Source of the DNA: a virus
Reading direction: 5' to 3' (one strand)
Virus record (IMG/VR): IMGVR_UViG_3300046455_000317
Location: 3,003-67,002 of that record
DNA length: 64,000 bases
Every line of letters begins with the position of its first letter. Position 1 is the first letter of the stretch. The translations under genes were made by a program, and so were the position numbers. Shown one piece after another: positions 55,447 through 62,927 of the stretch. The notes beneath the pieces were generated by a model that saw nothing but the letters and a program-made list of their open reading frames with translations, had not been told where the DNA came from and did no database searches.

Positions 55447-55522
55447 CCACCACCTGCGCCGGTGAGTTCCTCCGCTGGGTCTCCTCCGCTCCAGAGGATA
55501 TCGCTAGGACGGCGGAGGAGCT

Positions 55523-55610
55523 TGCCGGCACAGCCGGGGCAAATGATTGGGCGTCGGGCTGGGCTACCCTACAGGCCGATTCCCAATCATCGCTCCTAGC
55601 TGTGCCGGCA
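55523..55610. repeat. Palindromic intergenic element, copy 4 (most complete)
   Basis: TGCCGGCACAGC..ATGATTGGG..GCTGGGCTACCCTACAGG..CCCAATCAT..GCTGTGCCGGCA. Confidence 0.88.
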
Positions 55611-55728
55611 CAGTTCTCGCCTTACAGCCGAGCTTAGACCCCACCCGCGATTCTGGACCCACACCCTCGGCATCCGGCGACAGGTGTAGCCGGCACCGTC
55701 CGGGTGTCTAGCTGTTGATAGGGCAAAA

Positions 55729-55795
55729 GATTGGGACTTATGCTGGGCTACCCTACAGGGCAGGTTCCAATCATCATTCCTAGGTGTGCCGGCAA
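55729..55795. repeat. Palindromic intergenic element, copy 5
   Basis: GATTGGGA..ATGCTGGGCTACCCTACAGGGCA..TCCAATCATCATTCCTAGGTGTGCCGGCAA. Confidence 0.88.
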
Positions 55796-55815
55796 GGTAT
55801 TGTGGGAATGCTGGA

Positions 55816-55843
55816 CGGGCCCAAGAGGATTCTCCTGGGCCCG
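55816..55843. terminator. GC-rich hairpin between convergent arms
   Basis: CGGGCCCAAGAG-GATT-CTCCTGGGCCCG; no U-tract. Confidence 0.4.
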
Positions 55844-55871
55844 CCAGTCTAACCTGTTACGAGGATGGTGT

Positions 55872-56096
55872 TTAGACCGGACCAATCCAATGGATGAGGT
55901 GGTTCTCTACCCTGATGAGGCCAGCCGCCTTCAGGGTATCGACGATGGCCTGGTAGTTGGAGAGGGAGAGGCTAGCCTGTAGCCTAGCGTATAGTTCACC
56001 GGACGGAACCACCTTCACCGTCCGGATGGTTTCCGCCAGTGTCGTAATCAACTCCAACATCGCTTGGCGCTGCTCTGGGGTTGGTTGGGCTCTCAT
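55872..56096 (-). CDS. Small winged-helix-like protein
   Basis: VPSGELYARL..YQAIVDTLKAAGLIRVENHLIHW; GGAGG RBS. Confidence 0.55.
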   Translation of the reverse strand: MRAQPTPEQRQAMLELITTLAETIRTVKVVPSGELYARLQASLSLSNYQAIVDTLKAAGLIRVENHLIHWIGPV

Positions 56097-56371
56097 TTGT
56101 CCTCCGCTCGGAAGCATTCGTTGCAGATGGTCTCGTGCGTATCGACGGTCCACGCGGCTGCCGCTCTCACCCTCGTGGGGACACCGCAGACGGCGCAGCG
56201 AACGTAGTCACCAGTGGCGAGGTTGGCTTGGTCGTGGTGCTCGCTGGAGAGCACTTCCTCCGGGCTGACCTCCGGGCATTCCGGAGACAGGTGGTCGAGT
56301 GCGGAGCAGAATCCGCACCGGCGTGGAATCTCGCTCATCGCCTCAGAGACGCGAGTGGTAGGGTGGATCAT
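56093..56371 (-). CDS. Zinc-knuckle (CCHC) + Zn-ribbon protein
   Basis: CGFCSALDHLSPEC; CAVC..CNEC. Confidence 0.6.
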   Translation of the reverse strand: MIHPTTRVSEAMSEIPRRCGFCSALDHLSPECPEVSPEEVLSSEHHDQANLATGDYVRCAVCGVPTRVRAAAAWTVDTHETICNECFRAEDK

Positions 56372-57228
56372 TATTGGTCCTCCCAGCGGTCCCAGCGAGG
56401 GTGCCTGTAGTTGCCGTCGGTGGTCTTCTCCTGGTACTCAATCCGCAGCCGCCGACCAATGGCCGGGTGGGCCCCAGCCTTCTTGGCCTGCCGCTCGAAT
56501 GCGGCCAGTTCCATATCGTTCAGCGTCTTCACCGTCGTCTCGATGCCGGCGTCATCGCGGAGCATCACCGTCGCATACGGGCCACGGTCCACGATGGTCC
56601 CTTTGCCGGCCTGGAAGCCAACCACCGTCAGAACCGCTGAGCGCAGGTCTTTCATCTTCAGGAAGTCTTTGGAACGCTTCCCGGCCACGTAGATGCCCTT
56701 GCGCCGTTTGACGATCAGACCCTCGCCATCAGCGTCCCAGACCGTCTGGCAGGCGGTGCGAATCTGGTCGAGCGTATCGACGTTCCACGAGGGAGCAAGG
56801 ACCACCGCCGTCTCACCGGCGAACAGCTTATGGCCGAAGATGGTCGTCAGGTAGGCACGCCTGGCGTCGTATGGTTCCTTGGTGACGTCCTTGAAGAGCA
56901 CCGAGAGGATGTCGAACACGGTATACACCAGGTCGCCACCATTCGCCAGTTCGGTGACCCCGTAGGAGCGTTTCCCAGGCACCACCAGCTCACCATCGTA
57001 GATGCCGACTGGAAGGAGCGCCAGAGCCGCGTTGAGGTGGGCCGGCAAATCCCTCGTGAGCCCGTTCCGGCTCCACGCCTGGACGACTGGGATGCCGTCC
57101 TTGAGGTGGGTTATCTGGACGAGCAGCCGGTGGCCGTCATACTTCTGCTCGATGGCCCACTGGCCCGGTGTTGGCTTCCAGCCTTCTGGGATGGGGCTGG
57201 CGAGCATTGGTTTCAGGAAGGAAGACAT
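56371..57228 (-). CDS. ATP-dependent DNA ligase
   Basis: KPMLA, EQKYDGHR (adenylated Lys), YDGEL, FDIL, EGLIVK, K.K; start moved to MSSFLK. Confidence 0.92.
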   Translation of the reverse strand: MSSFLKPMLASPIPEGWKPTPGQWAIEQKYDGHRLLVQITHLKDGIPVVQAWSRNGLTRDLPAHLNAALALLPVGIYDGELVVPGKRSYGVTELANGGDLVYTVFDILSVLFKDVTKEPYDARRAYLTTIFGHKLFAGETAVVLAPSWNVDTLDQIRTACQTVWDADGEGLIVKRRKGIYVAGKRSKDFLKMKDLRSAVLTVVGFQAGKGTIVDRGPYATVMLRDDAGIETTVKTLNDMELAAFERQAKKAGAHPAIGRRLRIEYQEKTTDGNYRHPRWDRWEDQ

Positions 57229-57449
57229 CAGCGCACTTCCTTCCAGGGCCATCCGAGGTCCAGCAGCCCGTCGTGGAGGACACGCGCCAGCAGTTCGGTG
57301 AGGGCATCGTCGCTGAGCTTGCTCTTCATCTCGTGGAACCAGGCGTCCAACCACCGTCCCTGGCGCCCACTCTCGGTGAACGAGTAGAGGATGGCGAGCA
57401 GGTGGTGGTTGTTGGCGTTGGCGTTCGGGTTGGGCGTTGCAGACATCAT
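57228..57449 (-). CDS. Hypothetical protein
   Basis: AAGGAG RBS; TGATG overlap. Confidence 0.5.
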   Translation of the reverse strand: MMSATPNPNANANNHHLLAILYSFTESGRQGRWLDAWFHEMKSKLSDDALTELLARVLHDGLLDLGWPWKEVR

Positions 57450-57466
57450 TCATTCTCCTTGGAAGG

Positions 57467-57685
57467 CTAGATGCAGTCTCGGACGAAGTTGACTTCAGCG
57501 ACCACTCCGCTCTCGGTGGTCTCGTTGGCGTTGGTGTAGAGCCACGACATCGCGCGGTTCAGGTCTTCGGTGGGCGTCCCACCGAGGTTGGCGGCGGCCA
57601 CGAGGGCCAGCCGCCGGTAACGGTCGTCAGTGGAGGCCAGCTGGCGTAGCTGGGAGAGTGAGCGGACCTTGGGAATGAGCTTCAC
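57467..57685 (-). CDS. Hypothetical protein
   Basis: GTGA overlap. Confidence 0.45.
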   Translation of the reverse strand: MKLIPKVRSLSQLRQLASTDDRYRRLALVAAANLGGTPTEDLNRAMSWLYTNANETTESGVVAEVNFVRDCI

Positions 57686-57939
57686 AGGCCCATCTCCTCG
57701 CACCGGGTGCAAACGCGGAGGGCACCGGGGCAGGTCTTCTTGCACGTCTCACAGAGGTGGACCGTATGGCCGCACTTCGTCGCTGGGGCCGTCTTCTTCA
57801 CCACGTCGCCACAAATCTCGCAGGTCTTGGTCGCCATCATTCGCTCTCCCGTGAAGTATTCAGAATCCGCCGCCATCCACCCAAGCATCGAACCGGCCCA
57901 CCGTAAGGTGGGACCGGCCGTTTTCTTGCTCGCCATCAT
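57682..57939 (-). CDS. Small Cys-rich Zn-finger protein
   Basis: CEIC..CGH..CETC..C..CTRC; start could be 57840. Confidence 0.5.
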   Translation of the reverse strand: MMASKKTAGPTLRWAGSMLGWMAADSEYFTGERMMATKTCEICGDVVKKTAPATKCGHTVHLCETCKKTCPGALRVCTRCEEMGL

Positions 57940-58769
57940 TCCCTCACCAGCCGCACCGCGGTCACCGAGTCACCGATCTTCTCCTGGGCCAACTCCATCG
58001 CGGCCAACCAGTTGGCGGCCACCACCTTCGCCACCACCACCCGGTCAGCGTACACCGCGAACGTCTTCTTGGCGGTCGCCACCGTCTTGGTGGCGCCGTC
58101 CGTGACCGTCACCGAGACAGCGCCGGTGCACTTCTGGAGGCTCTCAGCGAGGTCCACGACGATCTGGCTACGCAGTTCCGCCACGGTGCCCTTGGCGAAT
58201 CCCTGGCCCTTGGAGTTGGCGATGTAGAGCATCACTTCGTCATCGTTCTGGTAGCTGAACCGCCCACTCCAGTTGAGGCCCAGTGAGTCGGAACGGCCCA
58301 CCATAAACTTGTCGCCTGGGAACCGGCGGAGCCCAAACACGTCTGGGAACGTCGCCATCACACGCTTGCACCGCGTCTCGTCATCCTCGCGCACCGGCTC
58401 TGGGGCCGCTGGCGGCGTGCGCTTTTCCTGCGTTGTCGTCAACGCCCTGCCGGTATCGACGGTCAGCCACGCCTGGTAGCCAGCTTCGGTCATCCCGATG
58501 GCCGCGTCATTCGGCTCACCCCGACGGCTGGTGTTCTCTTGGCTCCACGCCAGACCCTTCTGGACCAGCGACGACATCACCCCGGAGAAGGTCCGCTTGG
58601 GGTGCCGCCAACAATCGGCCACCGACCACGTCCACACGCCGCCCACCACGTCGTCGAATGACTCTGGGCGCTGCCCATTCGATGGGTTGTAAAGGTCATA
58701 CGCCATCAGGTTCAGAGCCTCAGCTTCCATCGCCGTAACCACCACCGCCGCATTCGTCTTAGCCATCAT
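57936..58769 (-). CDS. Hypothetical early protein (N-terminal wHTH-like)
   Basis: FSGVMSSLVQKGL..MTEAG; first gene below a promoter. Confidence 0.6.
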   Translation of the reverse strand: MMAKTNAAVVVTAMEAEALNLMAYDLYNPSNGQRPESFDDVVGGVWTWSVADCWRHPKRTFSGVMSSLVQKGLAWSQENTSRRGEPNDAAIGMTEAGYQAWLTVDTGRALTTTQEKRTPPAAPEPVREDDETRCKRVMATFPDVFGLRRFPGDKFMVGRSDSLGLNWSGRFSYQNDDEVMLYIANSKGQGFAKGTVAELRSQIVVDLAESLQKCTGAVSVTVTDGATKTVATAKKTFAVYADRVVVAKVVAANWLAAMELAQEKIGDSVTAVRLVRE

Positions 58770-58802
58770 ACACTCTCCATCATTCCGCGTTAACCAACCG
58801 TC

Positions 58803-58860
58803 AAACTCAACGAGTTGAGTTTAATTGTGATTCTGGTGGAGGGCAAGGGAAATCGTGACG
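58803..58860 (-). promoter_or_regulatory. Early promoter TTGCCC-N17-TAAACT with palindrome and GTCACGA box
   Basis: Palindrome AAACTCAACGAGTTGAGTTT identical to the 20611 copy. Confidence 0.78.
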
Positions 58861-59102
58861 GGAGGAGCAGAAACTTCATAACTGGTTTATTCACTACAGG
58901 TTCACGTCAGTTGGTTGGGGACCGCTGGATATGGTACAGCGCCGTAAGTCCCAGAATCGAAACAACTTAACCGACAGCGGATAGTCGGGCCGTCTAGAGG
59001 CTCTAGGACGCATCGAGGGAGGTGGCCATACCCTAGCCCAGCCCGTCTTCCAATCATCATTTCTAGCCCACTTCTAGCTGGGAGAAATCCCACAGCGGTT
59101 CG

Positions 59103-59312
59103 TCAACCCTCCACGATACGGGCCTGGAACCGCGCGACCAGCGTGGCTTCCTCCGGTTTGCCCTTCACCCTCGTACACCGCCACACGAGAACAATGTCTC
59201 GGACGGCGGCCAGTTCCAAGGCCCACGCCCTGGCGTCCACCTCAGTGGAGAACCGGCCATTGGGCCGGTTCTTGCCTCCCTCGATGCTCTCCACCCTCCA
59301 ACTGAGGGTCAT
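59103..59312 (-). CDS. Hypothetical protein
   Basis: Coupled ORF. Confidence 0.45.
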   Translation of the reverse strand: MTLSWRVESIEGGKNRPNGRFSTEVDARAWALELAAVRDIVLVWRCTRVKGKPEEATLVARFQARIVEG

Positions 59313-59440
59313 TTCTTCTCCGGTGGCGGCGCCACCACCCGCTCGCAGGCGCGGCAGACGAAGACCCTCTCAGCCATCTCCCAGAGGATGATGGGGTATC
59401 GCTGGCCGTTGTCGCAGCTGAAACAATACCGCTGGGCCAT
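59309..59440 (-). CDS. Small Zn-ribbon protein, 43 aa
   Basis: Manual translation MAQRYCFSCDNG...VCRACE; overlaps both neighbours. Confidence 0.45.
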   Translation of the reverse strand: MAQRYCFSCDNGQRYPIILWEMAERVFVCRACERVVAPPPEKK

Positions 59441-60582
59441 CACTTCTCCCCCAGCAGCCCACGAGGGCCAGCCGCTGCGTTGACTCCACGACGGCCCAAC
59501 ACCATCTGGTCGGCGGCTGAGCGTCCATCGCTCCGCCCTTGGACGTTCCGGAGGGACCCACCGTTCAACACCTGCGCGTAACTGCGCTTGCCGGTGAACT
59601 TGTCGTCGATGTATTTCCGGACCTTCACCAGCGCGCCATCGAGCCGCATCAGGCCGGTCTGGGGCCCACCAGGAGCTTCAGCGACAGCCACCCGGCGTGA
59701 CTCGTTGAATCGCTCCTCGATGCGCTGGACGAACGCGGCCAACCAGGCTTCCTTGTACCCAGCGGACAAATGGGGCTGGGGTGGGTTCATATGGCGGCAC
59801 TTGTATTCCCAGTTCACGTAGGCACGCCGGGCCATCAGCGCCGTCGCAGGCACGAGGGTTCCATACGCATACTCCGCTACCACCGCGTGGGACTTGGTCC
59901 CAACGAAGACGATATGGTTGGATCCCGGACGGATGAGGAACGAGCAGAGATGGGCCTTGGAGACGACACGCGCCAATGACTCCTCCCACGCGATGCGGGT
60001 CTTCTTTGGGGTGATCCCATAGCGCCGGATATCCACCGTCACCTCGATGACTGGGTCGTGGTCGGTTGCTCTGGCGTAGTCCAGATCGCTGGGGTTGAGC
60101 TCATACTCCACCAGCATCTTGTTAATCATCCCGGCGAACGCTTCGGCAGCCGCCTCATTCCCCAACTGGGCCTCACCCTCCCTGGCCTTCTGGAGTTTGA
60201 GGAGCTTGTTGATGACCTTCTGGGTATGGTCTTCCTGCCGGTTCTTGATCGCTGAGCGCATCTCCTCCTCAAACTCCTGGAACTTGAGTCCGTGGTCGAA
60301 GTGGCGAAGGTGGGCCAGTTCGTGCGCGGCGGTGTCCCAGACCTCCGCTGGGCTCATCGGTTCCTCGCACCACTCGCCATTCACCGTGCACCGGAGGACC
60401 AGACGGATATGGCCGTTGGCGCTGCAGTCTCCGAGACGGTTTGCCATACCCTTCTGGGGCATCGGATATCCGGTTATGGACTGGAGTGGGAGGTCATACA
60501 GTTTCGCCACCTTCCGCATAATCTCCGCCACTTCGTTGAAGAACAGGAGGTCATCGGGGTGGACCGGGAGTCTCTGCATCAT
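59440..60582 (-). CDS. Zincin (SprT/WLM-like HExxH) domain fused to DUF2786-like domain
   Basis: AAHELAHLRHFDHG..F; KVINKLLKL..EAAAEAFA..KMLVEY. Confidence 0.75.
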   Translation of the reverse strand: MMQRLPVHPDDLLFFNEVAEIMRKVAKLYDLPLQSITGYPMPQKGMANRLGDCSANGHIRLVLRCTVNGEWCEEPMSPAEVWDTAAHELAHLRHFDHGLKFQEFEEEMRSAIKNRQEDHTQKVINKLLKLQKAREGEAQLGNEAAAEAFAGMINKMLVEYELNPSDLDYARATDHDPVIEVTVDIRRYGITPKKTRIAWEESLARVVSKAHLCSFLIRPGSNHIVFVGTKSHAVVAEYAYGTLVPATALMARRAYVNWEYKCRHMNPPQPHLSAGYKEAWLAAFVQRIEERFNESRRVAVAEAPGGPQTGLMRLDGALVKVRKYIDDKFTGKRSYAQVLNGGSLRNVQGRSDGRSAADQMVLGRRGVNAAAGPRGLLGEK

Positions 60583-60625
60583 CGTTCATTCTCCTCTGGG
60601 CGTATCGCCCAACCGACAGTTACCA

Positions 60626-60683
60626 AAGCTCACGTCCGTGAGCTTATCCTGTGATTCTGGACGGAGCAAGGTAATTCGTGACG
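60626..60683 (-). promoter_or_regulatory. Early promoter TTGCTC-N17-TAAGCT with palindrome AAGCTCAC..GTGAGCTT
   Basis: Same architecture including the GTCACGA box. Confidence 0.72.
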
Positions 60684-60849
60684 GACAGGGCAGAAAGTCA
60701 TTAAGTCGTTTCACTGCTACAAGTTCACAAACTGGCTCTGGGCCTCTATGGGTTGGGTCAGCGGAGTTTTTAACCGACCAGAAAGAAATTGGCTGGGACG
60801 GTCCCAGCCAACTCCCTCTGGTGGTCCCTACGGAACCACCACTACGAAG

Positions 60850-61674
60850 CTACATCGATGGAGCGAAGCCCACCCCATCACCCTCTGGGTTGGCGCCCAT
60901 CGAGTCATCCGCGTCTGGCGTCCGGTTGATGTCGATGATCCGTCCCTTGAGGTTCTGGTACATCTGGGCCGCCACCGCGCGATCCTCATCGTTGGTCTTG
61001 CCGGCGTTCTTCACCCGGTAGACCTTGAAGACGCCCTTGGCGTTCTTGCCCTCTCCGCTGGTGAGGGCATACTTCCCAGAGTAACACGGCGCGTTCCGCA
61101 TCACCATCAGCGCGTTCAACTGCTTGGCGACTGGGATGCCGGTGGACTTGAGCGAGAGGCTCACCACTTCCTGCGACGGGAGGAGCATCACCACGAAGTC
61201 ATAGAACTTGGTGGCGACGGGTGGGATGCTCCGTCCGTTGGCGTCCTTGGTGAAGAGCGTTCTGGGGTCACCCTCGGGCACGTCCATATCCTTGACGCCC
61301 CCACCCTCCGTGCGAGGGAGGAACTCAATCCAGTGCGGGGCATCGGCGCGCACGACGGTGAATTCCAGCGGCTGGTCGTACACCATCTGGGTCAGGTCGT
61401 TGAAGAGGTCACCCACTCTGAGCCCGTCGATGTAGCGCGGGTCATCCGGGTCCACCTCGTGGGACATCTTCTGGGCCAACGCCAGACGGGGCATCTTCAG
61501 GTCGGACTGCTGCAGGTGGTCCAGGCCAGCGCGGTTGCCGGCTTCGGCGTCTGGGACGGCCAGGCTCTGGTCGGCTCGCTTGACGAGGGACTGCTTCCCA
61601 GCTTCCAGTTCTTGCGGAGTGTTTGCTCTCTCAGCCATCGGTGGTGTCTCCTTGGTCGGTGCTTTTTTAGCCAT
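60850..61674 (-). CDS. Putative ssDNA-binding/annealing protein
   Basis: DLKMPRLALAQ..S.EV..GDLFN; acidic C-terminal tail; replication context. Confidence 0.6.
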   Translation of the reverse strand: MAKKAPTKETPPMAERANTPQELEAGKQSLVKRADQSLAVPDAEAGNRAGLDHLQQSDLKMPRLALAQKMSHEVDPDDPRYIDGLRVGDLFNDLTQMVYDQPLEFTVVRADAPHWIEFLPRTEGGGVKDMDVPEGDPRTLFTKDANGRSIPPVATKFYDFVVMLLPSQEVVSLSLKSTGIPVAKQLNALMVMRNAPCYSGKYALTSGEGKNAKGVFKVYRVKNAGKTNDEDRAVAAQMYQNLKGRIIDINRTPDADDSMGANPEGDGVGFAPSM

Positions 61675-61694
61675 CGTTCTTGGTCCTCATACGT

Positions 61695-61925
61695 TCACTT
61701 GGTACAGAGCACGTTTGCGCGGATTCCTCGCGTAACCAGCTTCCAGAAATCTGACTCGGTGAGGATGGGCGCGCAGGGCATCATCTTCCCGTTCTTGCGC
61801 CACGACACGCGAATCTCCTCAGTGTTGGTGGCTTTGATTCTGAGCCGTTCGATTCTCACCTCCTGGTTGTTCTCTAGGCTGATGGCCGTCTGCTCGATGA
61901 CTTCTGCGTAGTTGGTGTCGCTCAT
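61695..61925 (-). CDS. Small hypothetical protein (PC4-like fold possible)
   Basis: Beta-rich EVRIERL..EIRVSW followed by a helix. Confidence 0.45.
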   Translation of the reverse strand: MSDTNYAEVIEQTAISLENNQEVRIERLRIKATNTEEIRVSWRKNGKMMPCAPILTESDFWKLVTRGIRANVLCTK

Positions 61926-61929
61926 ACAT

Positions 61930-62418
61930 TCACTTCCGGAGGGTGATCTTGGGTCGCGCGTAGGACGTGACGCCGTCTGGTTCCGGCTCACCCTCCAAGA
62001 GCCGTTCCTTGACGACGGACTGCGTGGTGGACGGGTGGAGAACCATTCGCTTCTCATACCCGTTGGCAAGGCACCAGAGACGGAATGCCTCTGGGTCCTC
62101 CACCTTCGCCACTGGCTCGAAGTTGACGCCCACCGACATCCCATCCTCCAGGCGGAGGAAGGTGGTGCCCTCCGCCTCATACTGGTCTACCAGAATCGTC
62201 TCGATGGCGTCCAGGCGCGTCTGGATTTCTGCGAGGACAGCTTCCACGGCTGCCTTCTCCAGACGGATGTCGGCGTAGGCACTCGCCACCGCGCTGGCGT
62301 TCGTGACGCCCAGCGCTTCGCGGAAGGCCAATCTGGCCCGCTCCACCGCCTCATCCCGCTCGGTGGGAAGGCGTGGGAGGTTGGGCGTGACGTTTGCGTA
62401 GGTGCTTTTCTTCGCCAT
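61930..62418 (-). CDS. Conserved phage replication-region protein (coiled coil + C-terminal domain)
   Basis: DPEAFRLW..VKERLLEGEPEPDGV; usually found beside SSB-like genes. Confidence 0.6.
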   Translation of the reverse strand: MAKKSTYANVTPNLPRLPTERDEAVERARLAFREALGVTNASAVASAYADIRLEKAAVEAVLAEIQTRLDAIETILVDQYEAEGTTFLRLEDGMSVGVNFEPVAKVEDPEAFRLWCLANGYEKRMVLHPSTTQSVVKERLLEGEPEPDGVTSYARPKITLRK

Positions 62419-62419
62419 C

Positions 62420-62818
62420 TCAGTTCTCGGTGGGAAGGTCTTCCAGGGTGCCGAGGAGAGTCTCACCCTCACCAAAATCGATCTCAGGCGCAGCGTAGCT
62501 CATCTCTGGCTCCATAGAGGCATTCTCCCACTCCTCGATGAAGCTGTTGGCTTCCTGGCCCTTGTCTCCCTCCTGCCACCCATCACTCTTTTCGTCCCAC
62601 TCCTCTCGCAGCCGCCCAGCCACCTCCTCTCGGAATGCCTCCGCCTCAGAAACCACCTTCTGGTAGGCTTCCAGGAACACGTTCAGTTCCTCCAGCGCCG
62701 TCCGGATCTTGTCCTCCGCGCCAGCCTTGGCGTCTTCCAGTGCGTCCCAGCTAGCCTGGAGACTGGCCTGGATCTTGGTCTTCTGGGTTTGTTCGTCCTT
62801 GGTGAGTCTAAACGCCAT
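62420..62818 (-). CDS. Acidic coiled-coil hypothetical protein
   Basis: GGAGG RBS; DEKSDGWQEGDKG. Confidence 0.6.
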   Translation of the reverse strand: MAFRLTKDEQTQKTKIQASLQASWDALEDAKAGAEDKIRTALEELNVFLEAYQKVVSEAEAFREEVAGRLREEWDEKSDGWQEGDKGQEANSFIEEWENASMEPEMSYAAPEIDFGEGETLLGTLEDLPTEN

Positions 62819-62874
62819 CCACTCCTCCATTCATCGTCCGTTCCTCGCTGTCTCCTAGAACCGCTCTAGAACCG

Positions 62875-62927
62875 TGCCGGCACAGCCCGGAGGCATCAGG
62901 CACCTCCGGGCTGGGCTACTCTACAGG
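62875..62927. repeat. Palindromic intergenic element, degenerate copy 6
   Basis: TGCCGGCACAGCCCGGAGG..CCTCCGGGCTGGGCTACTCTACAGG. Confidence 0.65.
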
